Shown piece after piece: positions 27,808 through 36,469 of a stretch of 64,000 nucleotides of DNA. The notes under the pieces were generated by a model that was not told the origin of the DNA, made no database searches, and saw nothing but the letters and a program-made list of their open reading frames with translations. Source of the stretch: Anaerolineales bacterium. GTDB lineage: Bacteria; Chloroflexota; Anaerolineae; Anaerolineales; E44-bin32. The position numbers and the translations under genes were made by a program. Within the stretch, counting starts at the first letter, position 1, and each line of letters begins with the position of its first letter. The stretch is taken from NCBI GenBank assembly GCA_035693825.1, contig DASSGB010000232.1:4199-68198 (forward strand), given 5' to 3'.

Positions 27808-28836
27808 CTACGGGGAAGTCTGGATCGTTCCGTCGATGATCCCGGTCCGGATTGTGTCGAGCTCAGCCTTCAGCTCAGCCGAGACCATCGAGTCCAGGTC
27901 GTGGAATTCCGCCAGGTCAACGCCGCCGTTGGCCAGGGTGCCGACCGTCAGGCCGCCAGCGAACGTCCCGTCGAGCACAGACTGGATGGCGTTGAAGGTC
28001 GTGACGTCCATCTTCTTCAAGACGGAGGTCAGCGTGATCGCGGCATAGTCCGGCGAGGTCTGCGTCCAGTCGCTGTCGACGCCGATGATGTAGCCGCCGC
28101 CGCGCTCCTGAACCGCCGCCGCCGTGCCCAGGCCCACCGGCCCGGCCACGGGCATGATGATGTCGGCGCCTTCGTCCATCAGCGTCTCGCCCATCGCCCG
28201 GCCGTCATCCGTGCTTTCGAAGTTGCCGGTGAACAGGCCGGTCTGCGTGGCCGGATCCCAGCCCAGCACCTCGACGTTGGTGCCTTTCTGCTGGTTGTAG
28301 TAGTCCACGCCCATGGCGAACCCGTCCATGAAGATGGTCACGGTCGGGATCTGGATGCCGCCGAAGGTGCCGACCTTGCCGGTCTGGGTCACGCCGGCTG
28401 CCAGATAGCCCGCCAGGAAGGCCGCTTCATCCGTCTCGAAGGCCTGCCCCAGCAAGTTCGGGAAGTCGAGGTAATCGACGTCGACGATGGAGAACTTCTG
28501 ATCCGGATTCGCCTCCGCCGCCGCGGCCGTGGCGTCGCCCAGCAGGAAGCCGACGGTGATGATCAGATCGCAGCCTTCCTCAATGAAGGCGTTGATGTTG
28601 CGCTCGTAGTCGGTCTGCTGCTGCGACTCGAGGTACTTGCCCTCGATGCCCAGCTGGGCCACGGCATCCTGGACGCCCTTCCAGGCGGTGGCGTTGAACG
28701 ACTTGTCGTCGATACCGCCCGTGTCGGTGACCTGACACACCTTGGCTTTCGCCGCGGGGGCGGCCCCACCGCAGGCAGCCAGGACGAATCCGGCTACCAG
28801 CAGCAGGGAAAAGGCGGCGTACATCTTCTTCTGCAT
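27808..28836 (-). CDS. BMP-family ABC substrate-binding lipoprotein (PnrA/Med-like)
   Basis: Lipobox LAACGG, then DKSFNATAWKG..., then FLAGYLAAGVT, all typical of the BMP family. AAGGAGAAGGAGAA SD. Confidence 0.9.
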   Translation of the reverse strand: MQKKMYAAFSLLLVAGFVLAACGGAAPAAKAKVCQVTDTGGIDDKSFNATAWKGVQDAVAQLGIEGKYLESQQQTDYERNINAFIEEGCDLIITVGFLLGDATAAAAEANPDQKFSIVDVDYLDFPNLLGQAFETDEAAFLAGYLAAGVTQTGKVGTFGGIQIPTVTIFMDGFAMGVDYYNQQKGTNVEVLGWDPATQTGLFTGNFESTDDGRAMGETLMDEGADIIMPVAGPVGLGTAAAVQERGGGYIIGVDSDWTQTSPDYAAITLTSVLKKMDVTTFNAIQSVLDGTFAGGLTVGTLANGGVDLAEFHDLDSMVSAELKAELDTIRTGIIDGTIQTSP

Positions 28837-28989
28837 TTCTCCTTCTCCTTGGAAAAGTGGATGGGGATGGTAAGTCCAGGGTTGACGGACGAGGAGGAAC
28901 GGATGTCGTCCCTGTCTGCGATCACCCCTTTCCTGAATATCGAATCGGCATCGATTGGGATCGCCGGGGAAACCCGACGGGTATCGGTG

Positions 28990-28998
28990 ATGATAGCA
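28990..28998 (-). promoter_or_regulatory. Extended -10 (TGCTATCAT) for the BMP ABC operon
   Basis: The minus strand reads CATGCTATCATCACC, about 150 nt upstream of the ATG at 28836. Confidence 0.4.
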
Positions 28999-29074
28999 TG
29001 AGTCCCCTCACCGCGCAACGCGGGGCAAAGGACGCCTCGCGGCCGCGCCCAGGTCCGGGGGCGTGCGCACACTC

Positions 29075-30073
29075 CTATTCCTGAGTCAACACCTGCAGTT
29101 CGCCGCGTGCCAGTTTGTCCCACGCCTCCTGCGCCAGCCTCTGCTTGCCCGGGCTGATGGCCTGGTCGTTGAGGTCGGCCAGGAGCAGGCTTCCTGACTC
29201 GACCGAATACGACCATGTTTGACCGCCCTGCCCGTCCGCCAGGGCCTGGAAGGCCTGGACCACGAGCGCCTCCGGCGCGAATCGGATCTGCCCGGCCAGG
29301 CGGTCCGGCGCCAGGCCCTCCGGCAACCCGCCCACCCAGGCAAACCACAGCCCGATTTCGGCTGCGCGGGCGGCCGCCTCCGCCGCCCCGGATCCGGGTG
29401 TCAGGGCAACGACGTCAACACCCTGCGACGCGAAGGCGGAACCATCGAAACCTGCCTGGGCCTGGTGAACGAGGCGACACCGCGGGCAGGCGTAGGCCAG
29501 GCCTTGTTCGAAGCCCTGGTTGAAGCCCGGCGCTGCCTGCGACTCGTCTGTCAACCATCCCACCGCTCCAGAATCCGCGGTGTGGCCCGCCACCACTCCC
29601 GCCAGGAAGCCGGCCTGGTCCCATCGAACGGCCGCACCACCCATCGTGCTGACTCCGGGTTGCGACAGCGCGCCCTCCGGGTCGATCACCACCGCGCGCA
29701 ATTCGCTCTCGGCGTCGATTCCAGAAAGCCAACTCGTGTCGCCCGCGGCCAGAACGTACGCCCGACCTCCTTGCTGGATCGAGGCCATCAGTTCGTCCTG
29801 TGTGCCGTCGGCGACCGACAGACCGCTCTCGGCCGCCCAGGTGCGCGCGGCTTCAGCCGCGTTCGCCGGCACACCCTCGACCACAAACAGGATCGTTGTC
29901 GGCGCCCGTGTGGGCGAAGGCGCGATCGTCGAGGCAGGTAGAGAAACGGTTGCCGTGAGATTCGCCGCCCCGCCGCAGGCAAGAGACAGCAGCCCGAAGA
30001 CCGCCAGGCTCGAGGCGAGGCGCTTGGGCGCGCTCAGGGTGAGGCGAGCGGAGACTCGAAAACGATACGACAC
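29075..30073 (-). CDS. Divergent BMP-family-like lipoprotein
   Basis: GTG at 30073 gives a lipoprotein signal (LLSLACGG). The DQAGFLAGVVAG block is BMP-like, and there is a CPRC pair. The listed ORF extends upstream into the ftsK 3' end. Confidence 0.55.
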   Translation of the reverse strand: MSYRFRVSARLTLSAPKRLASSLAVFGLLSLACGGAANLTATVSLPASTIAPSPTRAPTTILFVVEGVPANAAEAARTWAAESGLSVADGTQDELMASIQQGGRAYVLAAGDTSWLSGIDAESELRAVVIDPEGALSQPGVSTMGGAAVRWDQAGFLAGVVAGHTADSGAVGWLTDESQAAPGFNQGFEQGLAYACPRCRLVHQAQAGFDGSAFASQGVDVVALTPGSGAAEAAARAAEIGLWFAWVGGLPEGLAPDRLAGQIRFAPEALVVQAFQALADGQGGQTWSYSVESGSLLLADLNDQAISPGKQRLAQEAWDKLARGELQVLTQE

Positions 30074-30087
30074 TTGGGCGCGGGCCG

Positions 30088-32520
30088 CTACACGCGGCCC
30101 CGGCGAGGAAGTTCCTGATCTTCTTCGCGCGCCGGCAGTTCGCCGTAGTCCAGCACCTCGCGGGCCTGTGAGCCGCTCTGAGCCTGGCCGATGATCCCCC
30201 GTTCCTCCAACTGGTCCACCAGGCGCGCCGCCCGCGTGTAGCCGATGCGCAGACGCCGCTGCAGGAGCGAGATCGAGGCGCGCCGCATCCGCCTCACGAT
30301 CTCCACCGCCTCGTCGAACAAGGTGTCGGTATCCTCGTCTTCCGCCGCCATCTCGTCCCACAGCGCGCCTTGCTTCAAGGGCACGCCGCTGGGGATCGAC
30401 TCGGCGGGGACCAGCGGCGGAGCGCCGCCCGCCTCGAGCGCCGCCTGCTGCCAGTAGGAAATCAACCGCGCCAGCTCGCCTTCGGACACGAAGGCGCCCT
30501 GCATGCGAATGGGGTTGGCCGCCTCCGGAGACTGGAACAGCATGTCGCCGCGACCGAGAAGGCGTTCCGCGCCCGGCTGGTCGAGGATGACGCGGCTGTC
30601 GATCGAAGACGCCACGGCGAAGGCGATGCGCGCCGGGAAGTTGGCCTTGATCAGTCCGGTGACCACGTCGACCGACGGCCGCTGGGTGGCGATCACCAGG
30701 TGGATGCCGGTAGCGCGCGCCAGCTGCGCCAGGCGGGTGATCACCCGCTCGGTCTCGTCGGGGGCCAGCATCATCAGGTCGGCCAACTCATCGATCACCA
30801 CAACGAGGAACGGCAGCCGCGCCATTCCGGCGGCGTCCATGCGGCGGTTGTACTCGTCGATGTTGCGCACCCCGTCGCGCGAGAACTTGCGGTAGCGTTC
30901 ATCCATCTCGCGCGAGACCCACTGCAGCGCTCCCACCACGCGGTCCAGCTCCACGACGACCGGCGCCAGCAGATGCGGGATGCCGTTGTACAGCGTCAGC
31001 TCGACGCGTTTGGGGTCGACCATGACGAATCGCAGGTCGTCCGGCGTGTTCTGCAGCAGCAGGCAGGCGACGATGGCGTTGACGCACACCGACTTGCCCG
31101 AGCCGGTGGTGCCGGCAATCAACAGGTGCGGCATCGACGCCAGATCGGCGGCGATGGCCCGGCCGGAAACGTCCTGGCCCAGCCCCAGGCGGAGCCGCGT
31201 GCCCAGCTTGCGAAAGCCCTGCGAGTCCATCACGTCGCGCAGCGCCACCAGGGAGATCTCGGTGTTCGGCACCTCGACCCCGACGTAACCCTTGCCGGGA
31301 ACGGGCGCCTCGATACGGATGGAGGGAGCCGCCAGGGCCAGGGCCAGGTCGTCGGCCAGAGCCGAAATCTTGCTGACTTTGACTTTGGTGCGCCGGCCGC
31401 CCCTCGATTCGACGAAGTCCGGCTCCACCCCGAACTGGGTGATGGCCGGGCCGCGATTGATCTCGACGATGCGCGCCGGCGCGCCGAAGGCCAGCAACGT
31501 ATCCTCGATCATGCGCGCCCGCTGCCGATCGAACTCTTCGTCGGCCTTGGCCTCCGCACCGTGCTCGAGGATCGACTCCATCTCAGGCAGCGCCCAGCTT
31601 CGCCGGGGCGCAGGCGGGGCTTCGACCGCGGTCGCCTCCGGTCGTTCCGCGCCGGCGGCCGGCGGGGGAGGCTTCGGTGCAGATCGCTCGCCGGACGAGG
31701 CCGCCGGCGGTGGAATGATGGCCGGAGCGGCCTCCTCCAGGTCGGGAGCGAGCCGCACGGAACCACGGCGGTCGCTCAGCCGGACGGAGGACGAAGGCGC
31801 ATCGGGCTTGGGAGCCAGGCGGATTCCTCGCCGCCGGTCACCGGAGCGAATCGTAGAGGCTGTGCCGGATCGAGACGCCCTCCTGGCCAACGCGGCCGCA
31901 GCGTCGGTGGGCGAGAAACCGAGGCTGAAGGCGAGCGCTACGAGGATCCAGGCGCCGAGCACCACCACCGTCCCGCCGTTTCCCAACGAGCCGATCATGC
32001 CTCCCAGAATGGCCGCGCCTACAGCACCTCCGCCGCCCCCCGCACGGGCCACATCCGAGGCGATGCCCGGCTCGGCTCCTCCGGCCAGCGCGTGGAACAG
32101 CACGAGAATCGCGAGGTACAACAGCACCCCGCCGAGAATCTGCTCGGGCTCGAGCCTGGGCAGCCAGCCGCTGTATTTGCTCACAACCAGCCAGACGCCG
32201 AAGGCGGCCGCGATCAGCGGAACGACGTACACGCCCCAGCCAAAACCCTGGCGCAAGAGGCGCGCCCAGGCGCTGCCCAGCCATCCTTGCGCGGGCAAGA
32301 GCAGCGTCACCAGAGTCAGGATTCCGAGCAGGGTGAGGAGGATGCCGGTCAGTTCGCGCCGGTGGTCGCGCGCCTGGTCCAGCATGCTGTCGCGCAGTGC
32401 AGACAGAGAGAGACCGCTTCGGCGAGAGGTTTTCCGGCCGCTCCCCGCGCCGGCTCGCGATCGACGCCCGCCGTTGGCACGCCGACCTTGAGCGACCGTC
32501 GGCGCTTTCCTTTTGGCCAA
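30088..32520 (-). CDS. ftsK: DNA translocase FtsK
   Basis: N-terminal TM helices, a Pro/Ala-rich linker, the motor domain (GTTGSGKSVCVN, VVIDELADLMM, ATQRPSVDV) and a gamma winged-helix tail. Confidence 0.95.
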   Translation of the reverse strand: MAKRKAPTVAQGRRANGGRRSRAGAGSGRKTSRRSGLSLSALRDSMLDQARDHRRELTGILLTLLGILTLVTLLLPAQGWLGSAWARLLRQGFGWGVYVVPLIAAAFGVWLVVSKYSGWLPRLEPEQILGGVLLYLAILVLFHALAGGAEPGIASDVARAGGGGGAVGAAILGGMIGSLGNGGTVVVLGAWILVALAFSLGFSPTDAAAALARRASRSGTASTIRSGDRRRGIRLAPKPDAPSSSVRLSDRRGSVRLAPDLEEAAPAIIPPPAASSGERSAPKPPPPAAGAERPEATAVEAPPAPRRSWALPEMESILEHGAEAKADEEFDRQRARMIEDTLLAFGAPARIVEINRGPAITQFGVEPDFVESRGGRRTKVKVSKISALADDLALALAAPSIRIEAPVPGKGYVGVEVPNTEISLVALRDVMDSQGFRKLGTRLRLGLGQDVSGRAIAADLASMPHLLIAGTTGSGKSVCVNAIVACLLLQNTPDDLRFVMVDPKRVELTLYNGIPHLLAPVVVELDRVVGALQWVSREMDERYRKFSRDGVRNIDEYNRRMDAAGMARLPFLVVVIDELADLMMLAPDETERVITRLAQLARATGIHLVIATQRPSVDVVTGLIKANFPARIAFAVASSIDSRVILDQPGAERLLGRGDMLFQSPEAANPIRMQGAFVSEGELARLISYWQQAALEAGGAPPLVPAESIPSGVPLKQGALWDEMAAEDEDTDTLFDEAVEIVRRMRRASISLLQRRLRIGYTRAARLVDQLEERGIIGQAQSGSQAREVLDYGELPAREEDQELPRRGRV

Positions 32521-32541
32521 GAGGAGTCCTCCGGGTCGGCG

Positions 32542-32550
32542 ATTATAGCA
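32542..32550 (-). promoter_or_regulatory. Extended -10 (TGCTATAAT) for ftsK
   Basis: The minus strand reads GTGCTATAATCGCCGACCCGGAGGACTCCTC-TTG, i.e. the -10 box, then a GGAGG SD, then the TTG start. Confidence 0.5.
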
Positions 32551-32664
32551 CGCGGGTTCGAGGCAGGCGCGAATTGAGCTCGAAATCGCCGCGATCGACG
32601 TATCGATGCAGCTTGCGTGCCTCAGGCTGGAGCCTCGCTCGCCGGAGGACGTCCTCGAATCGGG

Positions 32665-33168
32665 CTAGCTTTCCAGTTCCACCAGCTTGGCCTTCATCTC
32701 GGCGATCTCCGCCTGCTGGTTGGCGAGGATCCTGTCGCACAGGTCCAGGATCTCCGGATCCTGCACGGGGGCGCGCTCGCACATCAGAATCGCGCCACCA
32801 TGATGGGGAATCATCGACCGCAGGAACTGGGTGTCCGAGACGGCGGCCTGCTGCCGCAAGAGAAGGTAGAACACGACGAAAAGCGCCAGGCTGCCGGCTA
32901 AGAAGATCGCATTGAGGCGCTTGTCCTTATACATGGAGCTCATCAAGAGCAGCTCGATCACGACCATGGGCGCCGCCATCAAGCCGGCCATGTAGACCTG
33001 GTTCACGTTGACGTATACGTTGCCGAGAACGTCCACCATGGCGTACATGAGAACGAACATGGCCGCAAAAGACAGCGCCGCCATCAAGAGCAGCCGACCG
33101 TAGTGGCCTGAGGTCATTGGCGGGGCCGAAGATTTCTCGGCCTGTGCTGGGTGGTCTCGATGCTCCAC
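32665..33168 (-). CDS. DUF305 family membrane-associated protein
   Basis: The C-terminal block FLRSMIPHHGGAILM...ILANQQAEIAEMK is a DUF305 signature. GTG at 33168 has an AAAGGAAA SD; the ATG at 33117 is the alternative. Confidence 0.75.
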   Translation of the reverse strand: MEHRDHPAQAEKSSAPPMTSGHYGRLLLMAALSFAAMFVLMYAMVDVLGNVYVNVNQVYMAGLMAAPMVVIELLLMSSMYKDKRLNAIFLAGSLALFVVFYLLLRQQAAVSDTQFLRSMIPHHGGAILMCERAPVQDPEILDLCDRILANQQAEIAEMKAKLVELES

Positions 33169-33280
33169 GTCGTTTCCTTTCTTTGATGTGGATTCGGCCT
33201 TCGGGCGTGCTGGCCGTGCCGCGCGTTGTTGCGCCTTCTCGAGGCTACCTTGTCCCCCCACCGGATGAGAGCAGGTCGGA

Positions 33281-33490
33281 CTACTGAGCCAGGCTCTGCG
33301 CCGTGGAGATCGCCCTCGCTTCCGACGGATGCACACTGTCGACCCAGGCTTCGGGCTCGTTGACCACAGCGAACCGGCTGGACTTACCCTCTTCGTGCAG
33401 GGCCCGGTTGGCGATGACGGAGTACGGACCTATGCGCTCCAGGCGCTGGACCCCGCGCTTCCCGCGCAGGTCGCACTTTTCGGCGTACAT
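33281..33490 (-). CDS. Small hypothetical protein (69 aa)
   Basis: ATG preceded by a near-perfect AAGGAGGTG SD. I recognise no family. Confidence 0.5.
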   Translation of the reverse strand: MYAEKCDLRGKRGVQRLERIGPYSVIANRALHEEGKSSRFAVVNEPEAWVDSVHPSEARAISTAQSLAQ

Positions 33491-33691
33491 CGCCCCACCT
33501 CCTTGACCTCAGGGCCATCAATCCCTGAAGCGCTTCCAATCGAAGTATAGGCGCGGTCCCATCTGATGAGGATATAGGGCCGTCCTGAGTGTCGGCGACT
33601 TGTCGCGGTGCAGGCGGCGCGCGAGCCGCCCCACCCTTGGAGTACATTGAGACGCGGTCGCCCAACGGTTCCTCGGGCGCGCAGCCTGATC

Positions 33692-33764
33692 CAAGTCCCC
33701 CAAGGGGATGCCCCCTACGGGGTGCGAAGCGCGACGAAGTGCGATCCCTGGCAGGGCGATGAGG
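33692..33764 (+). repeat. Promoter-upstream element, expanded copy (CAAGTCCCCCAAGGGGATG...GGCAGGGCGATGAGG)
   Basis: Shares both ends and the core with the copy at 37951-37999. It carries two short internal insertions, CCCCCTACGGGGT and ACGAAGTGCG. Confidence 0.8.
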
Positions 33765-33806
33765 TGGGAAACGGGGTTTGTCCCATCTGCTGTCGTAAAG
33801 TCCGCA

Positions 33807-33815
33807 TGCTACAAT
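33807..33815 (+). promoter_or_regulatory. Extended -10 (TGCTACAAT) 6 nt upstream of the ATG, implying a leaderless transcript
   Basis: CATGCTACAATCACCTC-ATG. Confidence 0.5.
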
Positions 33816-33821
33816 CACCTC

Positions 33822-35498
33822 ATGCCGGAGCTCAGCGCGCTCGAAATCCTGCTGCGCGCGCCGTTCCTTGCCGGCGTCGAGGCCGACGAACTCGAGCCCA
33901 TCCAGGGCCGGATGGAACGACTGACCTTCGACGCGGGCGAGGCGATTCTGGCTCCCGGTCAGCCGTCCCGCGGCCTGTATTTCATCGCTTCAGGTTCGGT
34001 CGAGGTGTGGGTTCGCCTGGCCGATGGCACGCCGCGCATCGTTTCCCGGCTGTGTCCGGGCGACTCCCTGGGCGAAGAGAATCTGCGCGAGCCCTCGCGC
34101 GACGCCCCCGGGGCCCGGGCTTCGACTCCCGTCGTGGCGTATCGCTGGGATCGCATCTCCCTGCGCGTGTTTCTCAAGGACCATCCCGGGTTCGCCACGG
34201 CGCTCCAGCTGCCGGTCCACACACGGCGGTTCGCCCTCAGCCCCCTGTTCTCGTGGCTCGGCGCCGACGAAACGTTGTACGCCGTCACGCGCAAACACCC
34301 GGCCCTGCTCGCCCAATCGCTCCTCATCCCTTCGGCGATGTTTCTGGCCGGGGTCGCCTGGCTGACCTTTAGCCTGACCGGCGGGGCCGGGCTTTCGGTG
34401 CTCCCAGTCGGTTTGGCGTTGATCGGCGCGGCGTATTTCGTCTGGCAGTGGGCCGACTGGCGCAACGACTACTATCTGGTCACCGACCGGCGCGTCATCT
34501 GGCTGGAGAAAGTCATCGGGCTGTACGACAGCCGGCAGGAGTGCCCGCTGGGCATGATCTTGTCGGTCAGCTTGGGTTCGACTCTGGCGGCGCGGGTGCT
34601 GGGCTACGCCGACGTGCAGATTCGGTCCTACACCGGCAACCTGGTCTTTCGCGACACGGCCCATCCACAGACGCTGGCCGCCCTCATCGAGGAGCTGCGC
34701 CGACGCCATCAGATCGCCAGCGACCAGACGGACCGCGAGGTCATCAGCGACTCGTTGCGGCGGCGCCTGCAGGGGGAGACGGTCCCCGTGGCCGTTCCGC
34801 CTCGCCCCACGCTCGAACCCCAGCGCAGCCTGGATGGAGTCGGCCTCGACCACTGGACCCTGCAGGTTCGTTTCGAGGTCAAGGGCGTCATCACCTACCG
34901 CAAGCATTGGATGGTTCTGTTGCAGGGCGTCGGGGTTCCCGTCTTCATCTGCCTGGCGTCCATCGGACTGGCGGTTGCCGGAATCACCGGCTGGATGGAG
35001 AGCCTTTCGGACGCGGCGCTTGCCGCGCTGGGCGCGGCGGCTGTGGCCTCGGCCGTGTGGGCTGTGTACGAATACCTGGACTGGGCCAACGACCTGTATC
35101 AAATCACGCCGACGCACATCGTCGACGTGCACAAGAAGCCCCTCGGCCGCGAGGTACGCAAGCTGGCGCCGCTCGAGAATATCCTGGGGACCGAGGTCGA
35201 TCGACGCGGACTGCTGGGGTTGATCCTGAATTTCGGCAACGTCATCGCCACGGTGGGAACCTCGCAGTTTCTGTTCGAGGGAATCCTCAACCCGACCACG
35301 GCGCAGCAGGACGTGGTGCGGGCGCAGGAAGCCCTGGTCGAGCGCAAGCGGTCGGCGGAACGGAAGAAGCGCCAGGAGGAAATGGTAGAATGGCTGACCG
35401 CGTACCACGACCAGGTCGGCCCCACGGAGCCGGGGCGATCCTCCGGGGCCGACGACGGCGCGACCAAGCATGGCCTCCCTGCCGATTCTGACCGCTGA
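33822..35498 (+). CDS. Cyclic-nucleotide-binding domain protein fused to two membrane bPH (YdbT/DUF304-like) modules
   Basis: N-terminal cNMP-binding fold (LLRAPFLAGVEADELEP...GEAILAPGQPSRGLYFIASGSVEV). Then two TM hairpins, each followed by a W..W.NDYYLVTDRRVI-type bPH motif. Confidence 0.8.
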   Translation: MPELSALEILLRAPFLAGVEADELEPIQGRMERLTFDAGEAILAPGQPSRGLYFIASGSVEVWVRLADGTPRIVSRLCPGDSLGEENLREPSRDAPGARASTPVVAYRWDRISLRVFLKDHPGFATALQLPVHTRRFALSPLFSWLGADETLYAVTRKHPALLAQSLLIPSAMFLAGVAWLTFSLTGGAGLSVLPVGLALIGAAYFVWQWADWRNDYYLVTDRRVIWLEKVIGLYDSRQECPLGMILSVSLGSTLAARVLGYADVQIRSYTGNLVFRDTAHPQTLAALIEELRRRHQIASDQTDREVISDSLRRRLQGETVPVAVPPRPTLEPQRSLDGVGLDHWTLQVRFEVKGVITYRKHWMVLLQGVGVPVFICLASIGLAVAGITGWMESLSDAALAALGAAAVASAVWAVYEYLDWANDLYQITPTHIVDVHKKPLGREVRKLAPLENILGTEVDRRGLLGLILNFGNVIATVGTSQFLFEGILNPTTAQQDVVRAQEALVERKRSAERKKRQEEMVEWLTAYHDQVGPTEPGRSSGADDGATKHGLPADSDR

Positions 35499-36033
35499 GA
35501 AACCGATCCTCCGCCAGCGCGCCCGCAAGGTGCGCTCGGTGGGCCCCAGCCTGCATCGGTTGGTCGAGGACATGATCGACACGATGCGCGCCGCGCCCGG
35601 CGTGGGCCTGGCCGCGCCCCAGGTGGGCGTCGCCCAGCGGGTGATCGTGGTCGAGTTCGCCGAAACCAAGGACGACGACGGCGTCGAGCCCAAGCTCTAC
35701 GTGGTCGTCAATCCGGAGATCGTGCGCCACTCGGCCGACACAGTTGTCGGAACGGAAGGCTGCCTGTCCATCCCCGGCTTCCTGGGCGACGTCGAGCGAT
35801 ACCAATCGGTGACGGTGCGCGGCCTGGATCGGCGCGGCCGTCCGCTTCGTCTCAAGACCAACGACTGGCTGGCGCGTATCTTCCAGCACGAGATCGACCA
35901 CCTGGACGGCGTCCTGTACATCGACCGCGCCAGCCGCGTGTGGAAGGCAGAGCCCGAAGAGGCGGCGGCCGTTCAGGTCGGCGCCCCCCACCCGGCAACG
36001 GAGAACACGGAGAACAAGGAGGCAGGCGAATGA
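35470..36033 (+). CDS. def: Peptide deformylase
   Basis: GVGLAAPQ, EGCLSIPG and HEIDHLDG motifs. The start overlaps the upstream gene by 29 nt. Confidence 0.95.
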   Translation: MASLPILTAEKPILRQRARKVRSVGPSLHRLVEDMIDTMRAAPGVGLAAPQVGVAQRVIVVEFAETKDDDGVEPKLYVVVNPEIVRHSADTVVGTEGCLSIPGFLGDVERYQSVTVRGLDRRGRPLRLKTNDWLARIFQHEIDHLDGVLYIDRASRVWKAEPEEAAAVQVGAPHPATENTENKEAGE

Positions 36034-36401
36034 AGCTTCTGTTGCGTTGGCTGATCACTGCGCTCGCCCTGGGCGCGGCGGTGTTGCTCGTCCCAGGCAT
36101 TCGCGTCGAAAGCGACCGCGCCTGGTTGACGGTGGCGGCCATGGCCATCATCCTGGGCCTGGTGAACGCCTTTGTCCGTCCCCTGCTCAAGCTGCTCTCT
36201 TGTCCATTGATCCTGGTGACCATGGGCCTGTTCCTTTTGGTGGTCAACGCCTTCACATTGTGGCTGGCCTCGGCCATCGCTGCGGCCATCGGGGTGCCGT
36301 TCTTCGTCGACGGTTTCTGGCCGGCGTTCGTGGGCGGCCTGGTCATCAGCGTGGTGTCTTTCCTGCTGTCCATGTTCCTGATCGACGACCGCGAGCGATA
36401 A
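36030..36401 (+). CDS. DUF360 / phage-holin-family-IV-like 4-TM membrane protein
   Basis: MKLLLRWLITALALGAAVLLVPGI... followed by 4 TM helices. ATGA overlap with the def stop. Confidence 0.75.
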   Translation: MKLLLRWLITALALGAAVLLVPGIRVESDRAWLTVAAMAIILGLVNAFVRPLLKLLSCPLILVTMGLFLLVVNAFTLWLASAIAAAIGVPFFVDGFWPAFVGGLVISVVSFLLSMFLIDDRER

Positions 36402-36424
36402 GATCGCCTGGTTCGAAGACACGG

Positions 36425-36450
36425 CAGGGGCGGCTCGCCAGCCGCCCCTG
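36425..36450. terminator. Hairpin between convergent genes
   Basis: CAGGGGCGGC-TCGCCA-GCCGCCCCTG followed by CCCCTTTAAC. Confidence 0.55.
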
Positions 36451-36469
36451 CCCCTTTAACGGAGGGATC

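Noticed and set aside
33822-35498. A Pycsar/CBASS-like effector (cNMP-binding domain plus TM helices).
   Set aside because: There is no adjacent cyclase. The gene is embedded with def in a housekeeping context, and the TM part is bPH/YdbT-like rather than a simple pore-forming helix bundle.
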